From positions 26,093-90,092 of the forward strand of contig CAYMRP010000005.1 in the NCBI GenBank assembly GCA_964392925.1: DNA of 64,000 nt. The letters are read 5' to 3'. Below, piece after piece: positions 1 to 9,575 of this stretch. The notes beneath the pieces are model-generated. The model was not told the origin of the DNA. It saw only the letters and a program-made list of their open reading frames with translations, and ran no database searches. Within the stretch, counting starts at the first letter, position 1; every line of letters starts with the position of its first letter. The DNA comes from an uncultured Gammaproteobacteria bacterium. Its GTDB lineage: Bacteria > Patescibacteriota > Microgenomatia > Daviesbacterales > UBA10151. The translations under genes were made by a program, and so were the position numbers.

Positions 1-2
1 AC

Positions 3-1979
3 GACCAAGTATTATTCGCCTCAGAGAAGTTTATGGGAGTCCAGCCAGGCGATAATAACTTAGGAGCCTGGAAAATCGGACTAATCCTCGCTGGATTATC
101 AGCAATCCTCCTAGGGGTTACCGGCTATCTTTGGTGGAAAAAGAAAAAGCACCTGAATCAGCCTCCTCATTCAGATTCTTCTACCCAGCCGCCCTCTGCT
201 ACCGATAAGCTGCCTCAGTCTTTGGTTCTGTTAATCTTAGTCGGGCTTGGTTGGATAACTTTAACGAATGTTCTCGTCTCTCCAGCCTACGCTGATATTG
301 TCCGCTATCCAATAGATAATCCTATTAATACTCCTAATGTCAAAGCGGGTGGCCTAAATCAGCTTTTTGATACTTGGGGAAATGTCTCAAATTTTTCAAC
401 GGCCTCCTCCAGCGGCCAAAGCACTCTTAGCATTAGTCCTGATTGTAGAACTCTCACCGTTAAGATTATTGGACATTCAAGCGGTGGGATCTGCCGCAAT
501 GCCACAGCTGGACTCATTTTTAGAACATTCATTGATGGGGTACCAGCCAATATTTCCGGAATTTCATCAACAGACGAAAGTGGCAGATCTTTCTATCAGC
601 CTTACCAAGGAGGTAATCAGTACATGGTTATGCAGGAAAGACCCGGAGCTCGAACTGCCGATTTACAGCTTCAAGCTCCAGCAAGTACCAGTTCTTCAGT
701 TTTACATAAGGTGGACATCCATGTTGGCGCTGCAGGTTCTCATGGCAACATCTGGAGCAGCTTCCAGCAAGGGGTAGGAGATTGCGACGAATCTCCAGGC
801 GAACCATGTTACATATTATTGTCCGGCACATATAGCTGTCAGGGCCCTCCGGCACCCTCACCTACACCACCTCCACCTCCAGCCTGCAATCAACAATGTA
901 ATACTATAAATGATTGTGCCGGCAACTTAGAGGGCTGTGTTGAGTGTCGTCCCAACGCTCAGGGTCAAAACACTTGTCAACCACCTCCACCTCCAGCCTG
1001 CAATTCCTTCTGCAGCAGTAATAATGACTGCACACGTAATAGTGATGGTTGCACACAATGCGTTGCTGGTCAGTGTAGAATCCCCCCAGCCTGCAATGTC
1101 AGTTGCACCAAAGACGCTCAATGTGAGAAAGCGACCGATGGTTGTACCTCTTGTCTTCCATCTGATACTGGAACGGGGACTGTCTGCCGTCCTCCAGCTG
1201 CTTGCAACGTTGCTTGCACCAGTGATAATCAATGCGCTAAAGCTGCTGATGGTTGCGTAGCCTGTGTCAGCGGATCATGTCAGCTCCCGCCCGCATGCGG
1301 TAATTCCTGTACTACTAAAGCGGAGTGTAGCGGAGCAAAAGATGGCTGCACTGAATGCCTTGAGGGTTCATGCACCGACTATAACGACAATATGTGTAAA
1401 TGCGACGGCATAGTTGCTGAAATGAACTATCCAAATAATTTTAACTTCGAAGCCTTCGGGAAGGTTGAAGGATCTGATACCGCTAAAGCTGAAATAGCAG
1501 ATATCACCTTTAGACTTACTAAAGATAATCAGGTGGTTGCCAAGTCAAACCCCATCACCCCGGAAGTCGTTGAGAACAGCGCAAATAAGCTTCGTTTTAA
1601 AGCCGCTTGGCAAACAGCTCCCCCCGCAGTTTCCAAAGGTTCGACCTACAGAGTTTTTGCCGATGTGAGATGTAAGCCGAAGAGAATAGTTTCCTCGGGC
1701 GAAGATTCCTTCAGCCCGGTTACTAAAACTCAGGTTGTCCAATCACCATCACAACCGCCTAAAGGTTTAGAATTTGCCCTAAAAGGCATAAATCAACTTT
1801 TTGGAAACAGTAATACTCAGCTAAAAGCCGTAACTGACAGGCTATTAACAATGTTTTCCACTTCAACTGTTAATGCTCAAGGTTCTAATCTCCAGCTTCA
1901 GACTTTAAATTTCGTTAAGTTAATGGACACCGATAACTGCCGGTTTGTTATGTTCAAGTATGACGAGTCACTTTTCTAA
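3..1979 (+). CDS. Large Cys-rich surface/secreted protein, probably 5'-partial: TM helix, internal signal-like segment, Pro linker, five 6-Cys repeats, C-terminal beta-rich domain
   Basis: Frame is open from base 3 (DQVLFASEKF precedes the ATG at 33). Two hydrophobic segments, PPAC-initiated Cys repeats, stop at 1977-1979. Confidence 0.8.
   Translation, partial: DQVLFASEKFMGVQPGDNNLGAWKIGLILAGLSAILLGVTGYLWWKKKKHLNQPPHSDSSTQPPSATDKLPQSLVLLILVGLGWITLTNVLVSPAYADIVRYPIDNPINTPNVKAGGLNQLFDTWGNVSNFSTASSSGQSTLSISPDCRTLTVKIIGHSSGGICRNATAGLIFRTFIDGVPANISGISSTDESGRSFYQPYQGGNQYMVMQERPGARTADLQLQAPASTSSSVLHKVDIHVGAAGSHGNIWSSFQQGVGDCDESPGEPCYILLSGTYSCQGPPAPSPTPPPPPACNQQCNTINDCAGNLEGCVECRPNAQGQNTCQPPPPPACNSFCSSNNDCTRNSDGCTQCVAGQCRIPPACNVSCTKDAQCEKATDGCTSCLPSDTGTGTVCRPPAACNVACTSDNQCAKAADGCVACVSGSCQLPPACGNSCTTKAECSGAKDGCTECLEGSCTDYNDNMCKCDGIVAEMNYPNNFNFEAFGKVEGSDTAKAEIADITFRLTKDNQVVAKSNPITPEVVENSANKLRFKAAWQTAPPAVSKGSTYRVFADVRCKPKRIVSSGEDSFSPVTKTQVVQSPSQPPKGLEFALKGINQLFGNSNTQLKAVTDRLLTMFSTSTVNAQGSNLQLQTLNFVKLMDTDNCRFVMFKYDESLF
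867..1004 (+). repeat. Exact 24-bp direct repeat CCACCTCCACCTCCAGCCTGCAAT (867-890 and 981-1004) at the starts of Cys repeats 1 and 2
   Basis: Read directly from the sequence; encodes PPPPPACN twice. Confidence 0.9.
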
Positions 1980-2066
1980 ATAAAACAAAACTGCCTATGC
2001 CCCAATCAAATACTTGCTATCCCAATAAAAACAAAATTATTGTATGCTAAATAGACAGTTCTTTTT

Positions 2067-2885
2067 ATGAACACCAAAACCATTGCCATAGTAGCTGTCG
2101 TCATTTTTCTCCTGGCCTCAATCGGTGTCGGTGTCTATTTGGCGATGAATCCTCAAGACTTTCTGCCTTCAGCCCAGGAGTCAACTCAAACCCAAACTGC
2201 CCAAGGTGGATCTTGCCCAGCCCCAGGTACTCCAGCCACAGTGACTCTCAGCTATCCTCTTTGCGAGAGCGTCGGTGGGGGGCCGGAAACATGTGTTTTT
2301 GAAAAAGCCGGTTGTGTTTGGGAAGGTGTCTCAGGAGCCACCAAATATAGTGTCAAAGTTACCGAAGTTGAAACAGGAGCCTCAGTTTCATCAGAAACTA
2401 TCAATGCTCCGGCCTTAAAAACCTCCTTCCCTGTGGTTCAGGGTAGAACCTACAAATGCGAAGTTTCAGCTATAAATAGTTGTGGTGCGACTGGAGGGAT
2501 TAATGAAGACACACTATTATGCGAGACAGATGCTTTCGTTTCACCAGCTCCTGTCTCAACCCCACCACCACCAGCTCCTGTCTCTACTCCTACACCAACC
2601 CCAACGCCTTCTCCCATAGCTTGCGGATTCCAAGGATGTAGCACAGCCGTTCCTTGCCAGAACGGATTTATTTGTGTTGAAACCTCAGCCGGTCAAAATT
2701 TCTGCGCCAGAAGCGAGTATCAAAGCATGTGTTATAAAAGTCCAGGTGTTGCTTCCTGTTGTGAAGCTCCTCCAGCACCAAAGCCAACCTTGCCTCCTGC
2801 AGGAGCTTTAGACTCTACTTTGATACTTGGTGGAGCCGGACTCGGACTAGTTATTCTTGGCGCAGCAGCCCTTCTCCTTCTCTAA
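2067..2885 (+). CDS. Surface protein: N-terminal TM/signal, FN3-like domain, Pro/Thr stalk, Cys-rich module, LPPAG motif plus C-terminal TM
   Basis: W..VSGATKYSV and VQGRTYKCEVSAINSCG resemble FN3 strands; LPPAG is followed by a hydrophobic tail. Confidence 0.75.
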   Translation: MNTKTIAIVAVVIFLLASIGVGVYLAMNPQDFLPSAQESTQTQTAQGGSCPAPGTPATVTLSYPLCESVGGGPETCVFEKAGCVWEGVSGATKYSVKVTEVETGASVSSETINAPALKTSFPVVQGRTYKCEVSAINSCGATGGINEDTLLCETDAFVSPAPVSTPPPPAPVSTPTPTPTPSPIACGFQGCSTAVPCQNGFICVETSAGQNFCARSEYQSMCYKSPGVASCCEAPPAPKPTLPPAGALDSTLILGGAGLGLVILGAAALLLL

Positions 2886-2887
2886 TC

Positions 2888-3310
2888 TTACTTATCATCG
2901 ATAGCATCCTGCTCCATCACATGCTCAGTCCATACTCTTAAATTAGCTTCCAGCCCATATCTTCTTGAAAATGGGGCAATATGTATCTCTATTCCCGCAG
3001 TGCCTGTTTTCGAAAGCGGTCCAGGAGGGGGAAGTTCAGGTCTCAATTCTTCAATGCTATGCCCTGTGTTATAGGTGATCTGAAGATCGCCAGTTTTGCG
3101 ATCAAGTGCCACACCCTGTATTAGAACAAAAACCTCTGTCTCGCTCGGTTTATTTGGGTGGAATTTGAAAACAAAATCTGGTAACTGCTCCGGACAAAAC
3201 TCGACAGCCCCAATTCTTTGCTTATTCTGCATTAAGGAATCTAGTTGTTGAGTTGGAGAATCATGAGCACGCCTTTTAACATAGCTTCTTATCCGTTCCA
3301 AATTCATCAA
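2888..3310 (-). CDS. Hypothetical protein (start 3310 or ATG at 3307)
   Basis: 140-aa ORF filling the gap between convergent/divergent neighbours; no motif recognised. Confidence 0.55.
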   Translation of the reverse strand: MMNLERIRSYVKRRAHDSPTQQLDSLMQNKQRIGAVEFCPEQLPDFVFKFHPNKPSETEVFVLIQGVALDRKTGDLQITYNTGHSIEELRPELPPPGPLSKTGTAGIEIHIAPFSRRYGLEANLRVWTEHVMEQDAIDDK

Positions 3311-3358
3311 CCAAAACTAGCACAGTCAAAAAACTCCAGCAAGTGATAAAATTGCCCC

Positions 3359-6340
3359 ATGCAGACTCCTCAGTTCAAGGAAAGCTACCAAAAACTAAAT
3401 CCCGCCCAAAAGCAGGCTGTCGACTCAATTGAAGGTCCGGTTATGGTAGTCGCTGGTCCCGGTACCGGAAAGACCCAAGTCCTGACTCTTAGAATTGCCA
3501 ACATCTTGCTTAAAACCCAAACTAGCCCTGAAAATATATTGGCCCTAACTTTCTCTGAATCAGCTTCCCATCAAATGCGCCAGCGCTTACTAAAAGTTAT
3601 CGGGCCTCCAGCTTATAAAGTAGAAATCTCTACTTTTCATTCTTTTGCAAATTCTATAATCCAGGACTTTCCTGAAGAGTTTCAAAATCTAATCTCTGCA
3701 GAAAGCATCCTTGAGGATGAACAAATCCAATACATTGAAAAAATAATTGAAACCACAGATTTATCTCTTCTTAGACCATGGGGTGATCAATTTTTCTATG
3801 TTCGCGACATTCTTTCTTCGATCAGTGATTTAAAAAAAGAGGGTATAACACCAGACAAGTTAGCAGCCGGCTTAAATCGGCAGAAGGCAGATCTTGATGT
3901 TGTAAAAGATCTATATCATGAGAAAGGCCCCCATAAAGGCAAAATGAAATCTGTCTATGCCCAAGAACTAAAAAATATTGCCAAAATAGAAGAATTCATT
4001 AAAGTCTACACTGCCTATACAGAGATTCTTACTAAGAACAAAAAATATGATTTTAATGACATGCTTATCGAGTCAGTCAAAGTTCTTGAGTCAAACCCCC
4101 AGCTCTTACTTCTATACCAAGAAAAATATCACTATATTCTGGTTGATGAACATCAGGATACTAATGCTTCGCAAAACCGGCTAGTTGAACTGCTTGCCTC
4201 ATTCCATGAAGTGCCAAATCTATTTGTAGTTGGTGACGAAAAACAAGCGATTTATAGATTCCAAGGTGCCTCTCTTGAAAATTTTCTCTACTTTCAAAAA
4301 CGTTACCCGCAGGCCAACCTAATTAATCTTAATTTGAATTATCGTTCCCATCAAACAATTCTTGACGCTTCCATCTCATTTATATCCAAAAATATTAGCG
4401 CCAATATTTTGACTGAACAAATAAAACTGATTGCCTCCGCAAATATCAAAAGCCAAAATATTAAAGTTGCCCAGCTTAATGATTATTTTGGAGAGTTTAA
4501 ATTTGTTGCCGATTCAATTCAAAAGCTCATTGAGAATGGGGTGAACCCCTCAGAGATCGCCGTCCTAGGTAGACGTAATCAGGAATTATCCGATCTCTCC
4601 AATTTTCTAAAACAGAAAAAAATTAACTACTGTCTTGATGCGGACCTAGATGTCCTATCGGATCTATGGATTCGCAAATTTCTCCTAATATTGGAGTCTG
4701 TCAGTGATTTTGCAAGCGAAGAAAAGTTTGCCAAAATCCTCAATATTGATATTTTAGGTAATGACCCTTTCAATGTTTTTCATTTAATTCAGCAAGCGAG
4801 AAAAGAACATCAATCAATTTTCGAACTTCTGGAAAGTAATGATTCTCGTTTTGAAAAAATTAATTCCTTTTATAAAATCTATAAAGGCTGGGTAACTCTC
4901 TCTAAAAACATCCAGCTTGACGATCTATTCATCAAGATTCTTAATGAATCTGGAATCAGGCAGGGCTTTTTATCTCTTCCCGACAGGAACGAAATCCTGG
5001 CAAAATTTATAACTCTCTTTGAAAGCATTAAAGAAAAAATCTATAAACTTCCGGACTATTCCTTAAGCGACTTTTTATACAAACTCGAACTAGTTAGAAA
5101 ACACAAACTATCTATCAAAGCAAAATCCAATATCTCTCTAAAAGAAGGAGTTCGGTTATTCACAGTCCACAAAGCCAAAGGTCTTGAGTTTGAATATGTT
5201 TTTATTCTTCAATGTATCGCCGGGAGATGGGGGAGCCTAAGAAAGCGCTCTGAAAAAATTAAGCTTCCATGGAATTACTTGGGCGAAAAAGTCAAAACAG
5301 CCGTTGAATTTGAAGAGATTGAAGACGAAAGAAGATTATTTTTTGTCGGGTTAACCCGGGCCAAAAAAGATGTTATTCTTTCATATTCTAACTTATCAGA
5401 AGAAGGCAAAGAGCAGCTACCAAGTCAATTTATTACAGAAATTGATTCTAATCTCAGAGATAGTCTTGATACGTCAGACTTTAATTTTGATTTCTCCCAA
5501 AACAAAGACATTCTTTTTGATGAAATAATCCCCGAGATTGATTTAGAAAATGAACACCAATTCCTCAGAAAAATATTTCTTGAAAAAGGCTTAAATGTTT
5601 CGGCTGTCGATAACTTTCTGACCTGTCCCTGGAAGTATTTTTTCGTTAATCTAATCTCAATACCTGCTGTAAGAAATAAGTATCAACTCTTTGGTACTGC
5701 CATTCACTCATCTCTTGAAAGTCTAATAAAGAAACGCAAAATTGAAAAAAATCCCAAGCAGCACCTACTTAAAAGCTTAGAATGGTATCTCTCTCTTCAG
5801 GGTTTAACTGACAAAGACTACCAGGAATATTTAGCAAAAGGCAGGCTCGCTCTCAACGGTTTCTATGACAATACCTTTATCAATTTTCCCGATTCAATTC
5901 AAAGTGAGTTAAATGTCAGAGGCGTTAAAATTTCTGATAGACTGACCCTTAATGGCCGGATAGACATGCTCGAAGAAGAGAGTGGTAAATTTATAGTTCA
6001 CGATTTTAAAACCGGCAAGCCGAAGTCCCGGACAGATATAAATGGCTCCAAACCTGAAAGTAACTCTAATTACCTAAGACAATTAGTTTTTTATAAAATC
6101 CTGCTGGATGAATATAAAAATGGTCTGATGAACGCTGACACCGGAGTTATTGATTTTGTAGAACCAGACGACAAAGGTCGTTTTAAATCTGAAGTATTTA
6201 TTCTTGAGGATAAAGATAAGCAGTCTCTTCTTCAGCAATTAAACGTCATTGCGGATCAGATTTATAATTTTACTTTTTGGAACGACACCTGTGGGGAAAA
6301 AGATTGTCAGTGGTGCGAGCTTCGCAAAATGATGGGTTAG
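3359..6340 (+). CDS. UvrD/PcrA-family SF1 helicase fused to a C-terminal PD-(D/E)XK (RecB/AddB/Cas4-like) nuclease with Fe-S-type cysteines
   Basis: AGPGTGKT, VDEHQD, VGDEKQAIYRFQGA, TVHKAKGLEF, ERRLFFVGLTRA; then CPWKY, GRIDML, DFKTGK, QLVFY and C-x4-C-x2-C at the end. Confidence 0.9.
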   Translation: MQTPQFKESYQKLNPAQKQAVDSIEGPVMVVAGPGTGKTQVLTLRIANILLKTQTSPENILALTFSESASHQMRQRLLKVIGPPAYKVEISTFHSFANSIIQDFPEEFQNLISAESILEDEQIQYIEKIIETTDLSLLRPWGDQFFYVRDILSSISDLKKEGITPDKLAAGLNRQKADLDVVKDLYHEKGPHKGKMKSVYAQELKNIAKIEEFIKVYTAYTEILTKNKKYDFNDMLIESVKVLESNPQLLLLYQEKYHYILVDEHQDTNASQNRLVELLASFHEVPNLFVVGDEKQAIYRFQGASLENFLYFQKRYPQANLINLNLNYRSHQTILDASISFISKNISANILTEQIKLIASANIKSQNIKVAQLNDYFGEFKFVADSIQKLIENGVNPSEIAVLGRRNQELSDLSNFLKQKKINYCLDADLDVLSDLWIRKFLLILESVSDFASEEKFAKILNIDILGNDPFNVFHLIQQARKEHQSIFELLESNDSRFEKINSFYKIYKGWVTLSKNIQLDDLFIKILNESGIRQGFLSLPDRNEILAKFITLFESIKEKIYKLPDYSLSDFLYKLELVRKHKLSIKAKSNISLKEGVRLFTVHKAKGLEFEYVFILQCIAGRWGSLRKRSEKIKLPWNYLGEKVKTAVEFEEIEDERRLFFVGLTRAKKDVILSYSNLSEEGKEQLPSQFITEIDSNLRDSLDTSDFNFDFSQNKDILFDEIIPEIDLENEHQFLRKIFLEKGLNVSAVDNFLTCPWKYFFVNLISIPAVRNKYQLFGTAIHSSLESLIKKRKIEKNPKQHLLKSLEWYLSLQGLTDKDYQEYLAKGRLALNGFYDNTFINFPDSIQSELNVRGVKISDRLTLNGRIDMLEEESGKFIVHDFKTGKPKSRTDINGSKPESNSNYLRQLVFYKILLDEYKNGLMNADTGVIDFVEPDDKGRFKSEVFILEDKDKQSLLQQLNVIADQIYNFTFWNDTCGEKDCQWCELRKMMG

Positions 6341-6348
6341 TTATAACT

Positions 6349-7437
6349 ATGATTACAAATAATCGACTTAAAAATTTACAGGAAGAAATTAAACAGCAAA
6401 ATCTGGAAGCAGTTTTAATCTCTAAAACTTCGAACATTATCTACCTCACAAACTATTCCGGTTTTTCAAATGAAGAGCGAGAGGCGTATCTTCTTATCAC
6501 TATGAATAATCAATTCATATTCACAGACGGCCGTTATAAGGAAGCAGTAAAACAGCTAATTCCGGATTTTAGTTTAATAGAAATTTCCTCCAAAAATAAA
6601 TTCAATGATCTGCTAAAAAATGTTTGCCAAAAGTTAGAAATCAACAAAATAGGAATTGAAGAAAGCGATCTAAAAGTTAGCGAATGGAAAGCAATTAAAA
6701 AAACTGTTAAAGATCTAAGAGGCTTTAAATTCCACCACCATCGCTCAATTAAAACTAAAGAAGAAATTGAACTAATAGAAAAAGCCTGTCAAATAGGGGA
6801 TGAAGCTTTTGATTTTATAAAGACAAAAATTAAATCGGGCATAACAGAAAAAGAAATAATGTTCCTCCTGGAGAATCAAATAAGACAACAGGGTTTTGAG
6901 CCCTCATTCAAAACAATAATTGCTTTCGCCGAAAACTCAGCAGTCCCACATCACCAAACATCAGACAAAAAACTAACATCCGGCGACTTTATATTATTAG
7001 ATTTTGGAGTCAAATTTAAAAACTACTGCTCAGATATGACCAGAACTTTAGTTTTTGGTAAGTCTTCTGCAAAACAAAAAAAGATTCACCAAACAGTCAA
7101 AGACTCGCAGCAAAAAGCTTTTGAATATTTAAAAACAAATTTCAAAACAGGAGTTAAAGCCTCAGATATAGATAAAATTGCCAGAGATTATATTATAGAA
7201 AACGGCTTTCCCTCCATCCCACACTCCTTGGGCCACGGCATCGGCATAGAAGTTCACGAACATCCATACTTAGGTCCAAACAGTAAAGACATCCTTACAG
7301 CCAATATGGTTTTCTCCATTGAACCAGGAATCTATCTCCCTGAATTTGGCGGAGTCAGAATTGAAGATTTATTCGTCATAGAAAATGATAAAGTGAGACA
7401 GTTGACTAAAAGTAATAACGATCTGGTATTTTTGTAG
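6349..7437 (+). CDS. Xaa-Pro aminopeptidase/dipeptidase (M24B family)
   Basis: TDGRY, DFG...SDMTRT, HSLGHGIGIEVHE, SIEPGIY, GGVRIED. ATG at 6349 preferred over the track's 6277. Confidence 0.92.
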   Translation: MITNNRLKNLQEEIKQQNLEAVLISKTSNIIYLTNYSGFSNEEREAYLLITMNNQFIFTDGRYKEAVKQLIPDFSLIEISSKNKFNDLLKNVCQKLEINKIGIEESDLKVSEWKAIKKTVKDLRGFKFHHHRSIKTKEEIELIEKACQIGDEAFDFIKTKIKSGITEKEIMFLLENQIRQQGFEPSFKTIIAFAENSAVPHHQTSDKKLTSGDFILLDFGVKFKNYCSDMTRTLVFGKSSAKQKKIHQTVKDSQQKAFEYLKTNFKTGVKASDIDKIARDYIIENGFPSIPHSLGHGIGIEVHEHPYLGPNSKDILTANMVFSIEPGIYLPEFGGVRIEDLFVIENDKVRQLTKSNNDLVFL

Positions 7438-7450
7438 TATAATTTTCGTT

Positions 7451-7912
7451 ATGGAAGACCCCGCACTGCAGGAATTATTAAAAACAATCGATCGATCAGT
7501 TTTTAAAAACCTGCCTTTTATTAAAAGAGTTGATAAACCTTGGGGTTATGAGTTAATTTTTACATCCGAAGATCTGCCTTATACAGGCAAACTAATGCAC
7601 ATCAATGCCGGTAAAAGATTATCTCTCCAGGTTCACGATAAAAAACAGGAAACTCAAATTCTAATTTCTGGAAAATGTAATTCCATAATTGAAAATGTTA
7701 ATGGGGAAATGGAAACCATTGAAATGATTCCAATGCAGGGTTACACCATGATGATTGGCCAAAAGCACCGCCTTCAGGCCGTTGAGGATTGCGATGTTTT
7801 TGAAGTCTCAACTCCTGAGATAGGTAACACTTTTAGATTAGAAGATGATTACGCGCGTCCAACAGAAACTGATGAAATGCGCAAAGACCCCAACCGCGGT
7901 TGGAGTAACTAA
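7451..7912 (+). CDS. Cupin-fold protein (mannose-6-phosphate isomerase type II C-terminal-like)
   Basis: KPWGYE, LSLQVHDKKQE, HRL, EVSTPE, RLEDDYAR. Confidence 0.8.
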   Translation: MEDPALQELLKTIDRSVFKNLPFIKRVDKPWGYELIFTSEDLPYTGKLMHINAGKRLSLQVHDKKQETQILISGKCNSIIENVNGEMETIEMIPMQGYTMMIGQKHRLQAVEDCDVFEVSTPEIGNTFRLEDDYARPTETDEMRKDPNRGWSN

Positions 7913-7913
7913 A

Positions 7914-8450
7914 CTAGGGCACTCTATACAAATAAAAATCTCCGCCCACTCTGAAGTCTAAGTTCTTCTCGCCCATTTTCTTAAACGGTTTCCAATTCTT
8001 AAAATGATAGGTCTGAGTAATAACAATAGCCCCTTTATTTAGTTCTTTCTGAAGTTTACTTTCAAGCCTGTCTACCGCTTTCTGCAAAAGATAAATATAC
8101 ACAATATCAGCCGGGTAATAATTCCTTTCAAAAACATCTCCATGACAAAAGTGAGTCATCTTGTTTGTTCCCACCATCCGCGACCTATATCTTGAATACC
8201 AAACCCTCATCCATGATTGTTCAACCCCGTTCGATTTAGCTCCTATTTTTGCCGCTTCAATTACAACTCTTCCATCACCGCTCCCAAGTTCATAAAAAAC
8301 TTTATTCTTCCGTACGCCTGCGGCTTGTAAAACTTTCCGGATTAAATGCATTCTAGTCGGCACATAAGGCGCATCCGTACCAGCAAACCACGATAAAGCC
8401 AAAGCAGACCCCCCAAGTAAACCTAGAATTAGTATTAATGTATAGTCCAT
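7914..8450 (-). CDS. Membrane-anchored class I SAM-dependent methyltransferase
   Basis: N-terminal TM, APYVPT, YELGSGDGR motif I, VYIYL. Confidence 0.85.
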   Translation of the reverse strand: MDYTLILILGLLGGSALALSWFAGTDAPYVPTRMHLIRKVLQAAGVRKNKVFYELGSGDGRVVIEAAKIGAKSNGVEQSWMRVWYSRYRSRMVGTNKMTHFCHGDVFERNYYPADIVYIYLLQKAVDRLESKLQKELNKGAIVITQTYHFKNWKPFKKMGEKNLDFRVGGDFYLYRVP

Positions 8451-8471
8451 ATGAGAAAAATCCCGTGATAC

Positions 8472-9476
8472 TTATCTTCCAATCGCTTTAAGTAGCGCCA
8501 CCTTTACCTTGGTAAATTTATCTACAGAATTAAAAGCATAGTACAAAGCTTCATTCTCAACAAGGTCAAAACTCCCTAAATATTCGGCTAGTCTTCCTCC
8601 ATAGCCCTGCTTAAATCTATGGAAACCATACCACGAATCTTTAGGATCAGCCAGTGGTCCCAAGGCTCCCCACATATCAAATTCTCTAAGCCCTAAACTT
8701 TTTCCCAGTTTGATTGCCTCCCATGCCACTAAATTTGATGACATTACATCCCGATGTAAATGAGAGGATCCGCCGTAAGGATAATACAGTTTATCTTTGA
8801 AGATAAGCAGCATCCAGGCAGTTAGCGGAATATTATTATATGAAGCAATCACAAACTTTACCTGTCCGGTTTTCGAAAAAGTCTCATACACTTTTGAATG
8901 ATAATTCTCATTATGTCCAAAATATCCTTGGCGCTTTGTCGTCTCAAAATATAATTTAAGATATGTTTTTAGTCCCTCATCATTATCCAGAACCTCAACT
9001 CTTACTCCTTTTTTTACAGCCACTTTAATATTGTATCGAGTCTTTTGATGAAAACTTTTTAACAAATCCTCCTCAGAAGGGGATAAATCTAAAACAAAAT
9101 TGTATTTTGTAAAAAGCGGCTTGATAGCTTTTCTAAATCTATGATCTAGCCTCTGTTTATCAGTGATCTCAACGTCAGGCTCAGTCTTTATAAATATACA
9201 GTTTTGTTCTTTAGAGATTTTAGTTAAAGCCTGAGCCATCTCCGAATCCGGAAAAGGTCCTTTAGGTAGATATCCTACAAACCGTTTAACTATCGGCACC
9301 TCATGAAAGCTTAACTGGAATGCTCTTTCTAACTTATTATCCTTAAATATTCCATATCGCACTAGCGGAATACCTAGAGATTTCCTAAATTCACCCCATA
9401 ACCAGGACTGAATAACATGAGTTACTTTTGTATCGTATTCCTGCCTGAAGCTGTCATCTAGAATTCTTAAGTCCAT
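8472..9476 (-). CDS. FemABX-family peptidoglycan bridge aminoacyltransferase
   Basis: QSWLWGEF, YLPKGP, KTRYNIK, YYPYGGS, FDMWG, GFHRFKQGYGG. Confidence 0.9.
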   Translation of the reverse strand: MDLRILDDSFRQEYDTKVTHVIQSWLWGEFRKSLGIPLVRYGIFKDNKLERAFQLSFHEVPIVKRFVGYLPKGPFPDSEMAQALTKISKEQNCIFIKTEPDVEITDKQRLDHRFRKAIKPLFTKYNFVLDLSPSEEDLLKSFHQKTRYNIKVAVKKGVRVEVLDNDEGLKTYLKLYFETTKRQGYFGHNENYHSKVYETFSKTGQVKFVIASYNNIPLTAWMLLIFKDKLYYPYGGSSHLHRDVMSSNLVAWEAIKLGKSLGLREFDMWGALGPLADPKDSWYGFHRFKQGYGGRLAEYLGSFDLVENEALYYAFNSVDKFTKVKVALLKAIGR

Positions 9477-9575
9477 TACTTAGAGTATAAGTCACCCAGT
9501 CTCCTTTGTCTAAGTAGCTCCAAAAGAGAAGCCGATAGTAGATATTATTATAACTTTATGATAGTATTTCCGATT

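Noticed and set aside
359-1742. Several 60-140 aa alternate-frame and antisense ORFs inside the Cys-rich gene, and similar ones inside dnaK, nusA, infB, pnp, ftsK and fba
   Set aside because: Fully nested in well-supported genes, no motifs, and expected from codon bias.
6277-6348. Long track starts overlapping upstream genes or promoters (also 14936, 16848, 20463, 31510, 56399, 56922, 61355, 61480, 63152)
   Set aside because: Family homology begins at downstream ATGs; the extensions come from longest-ORF calling with alternative start codons.
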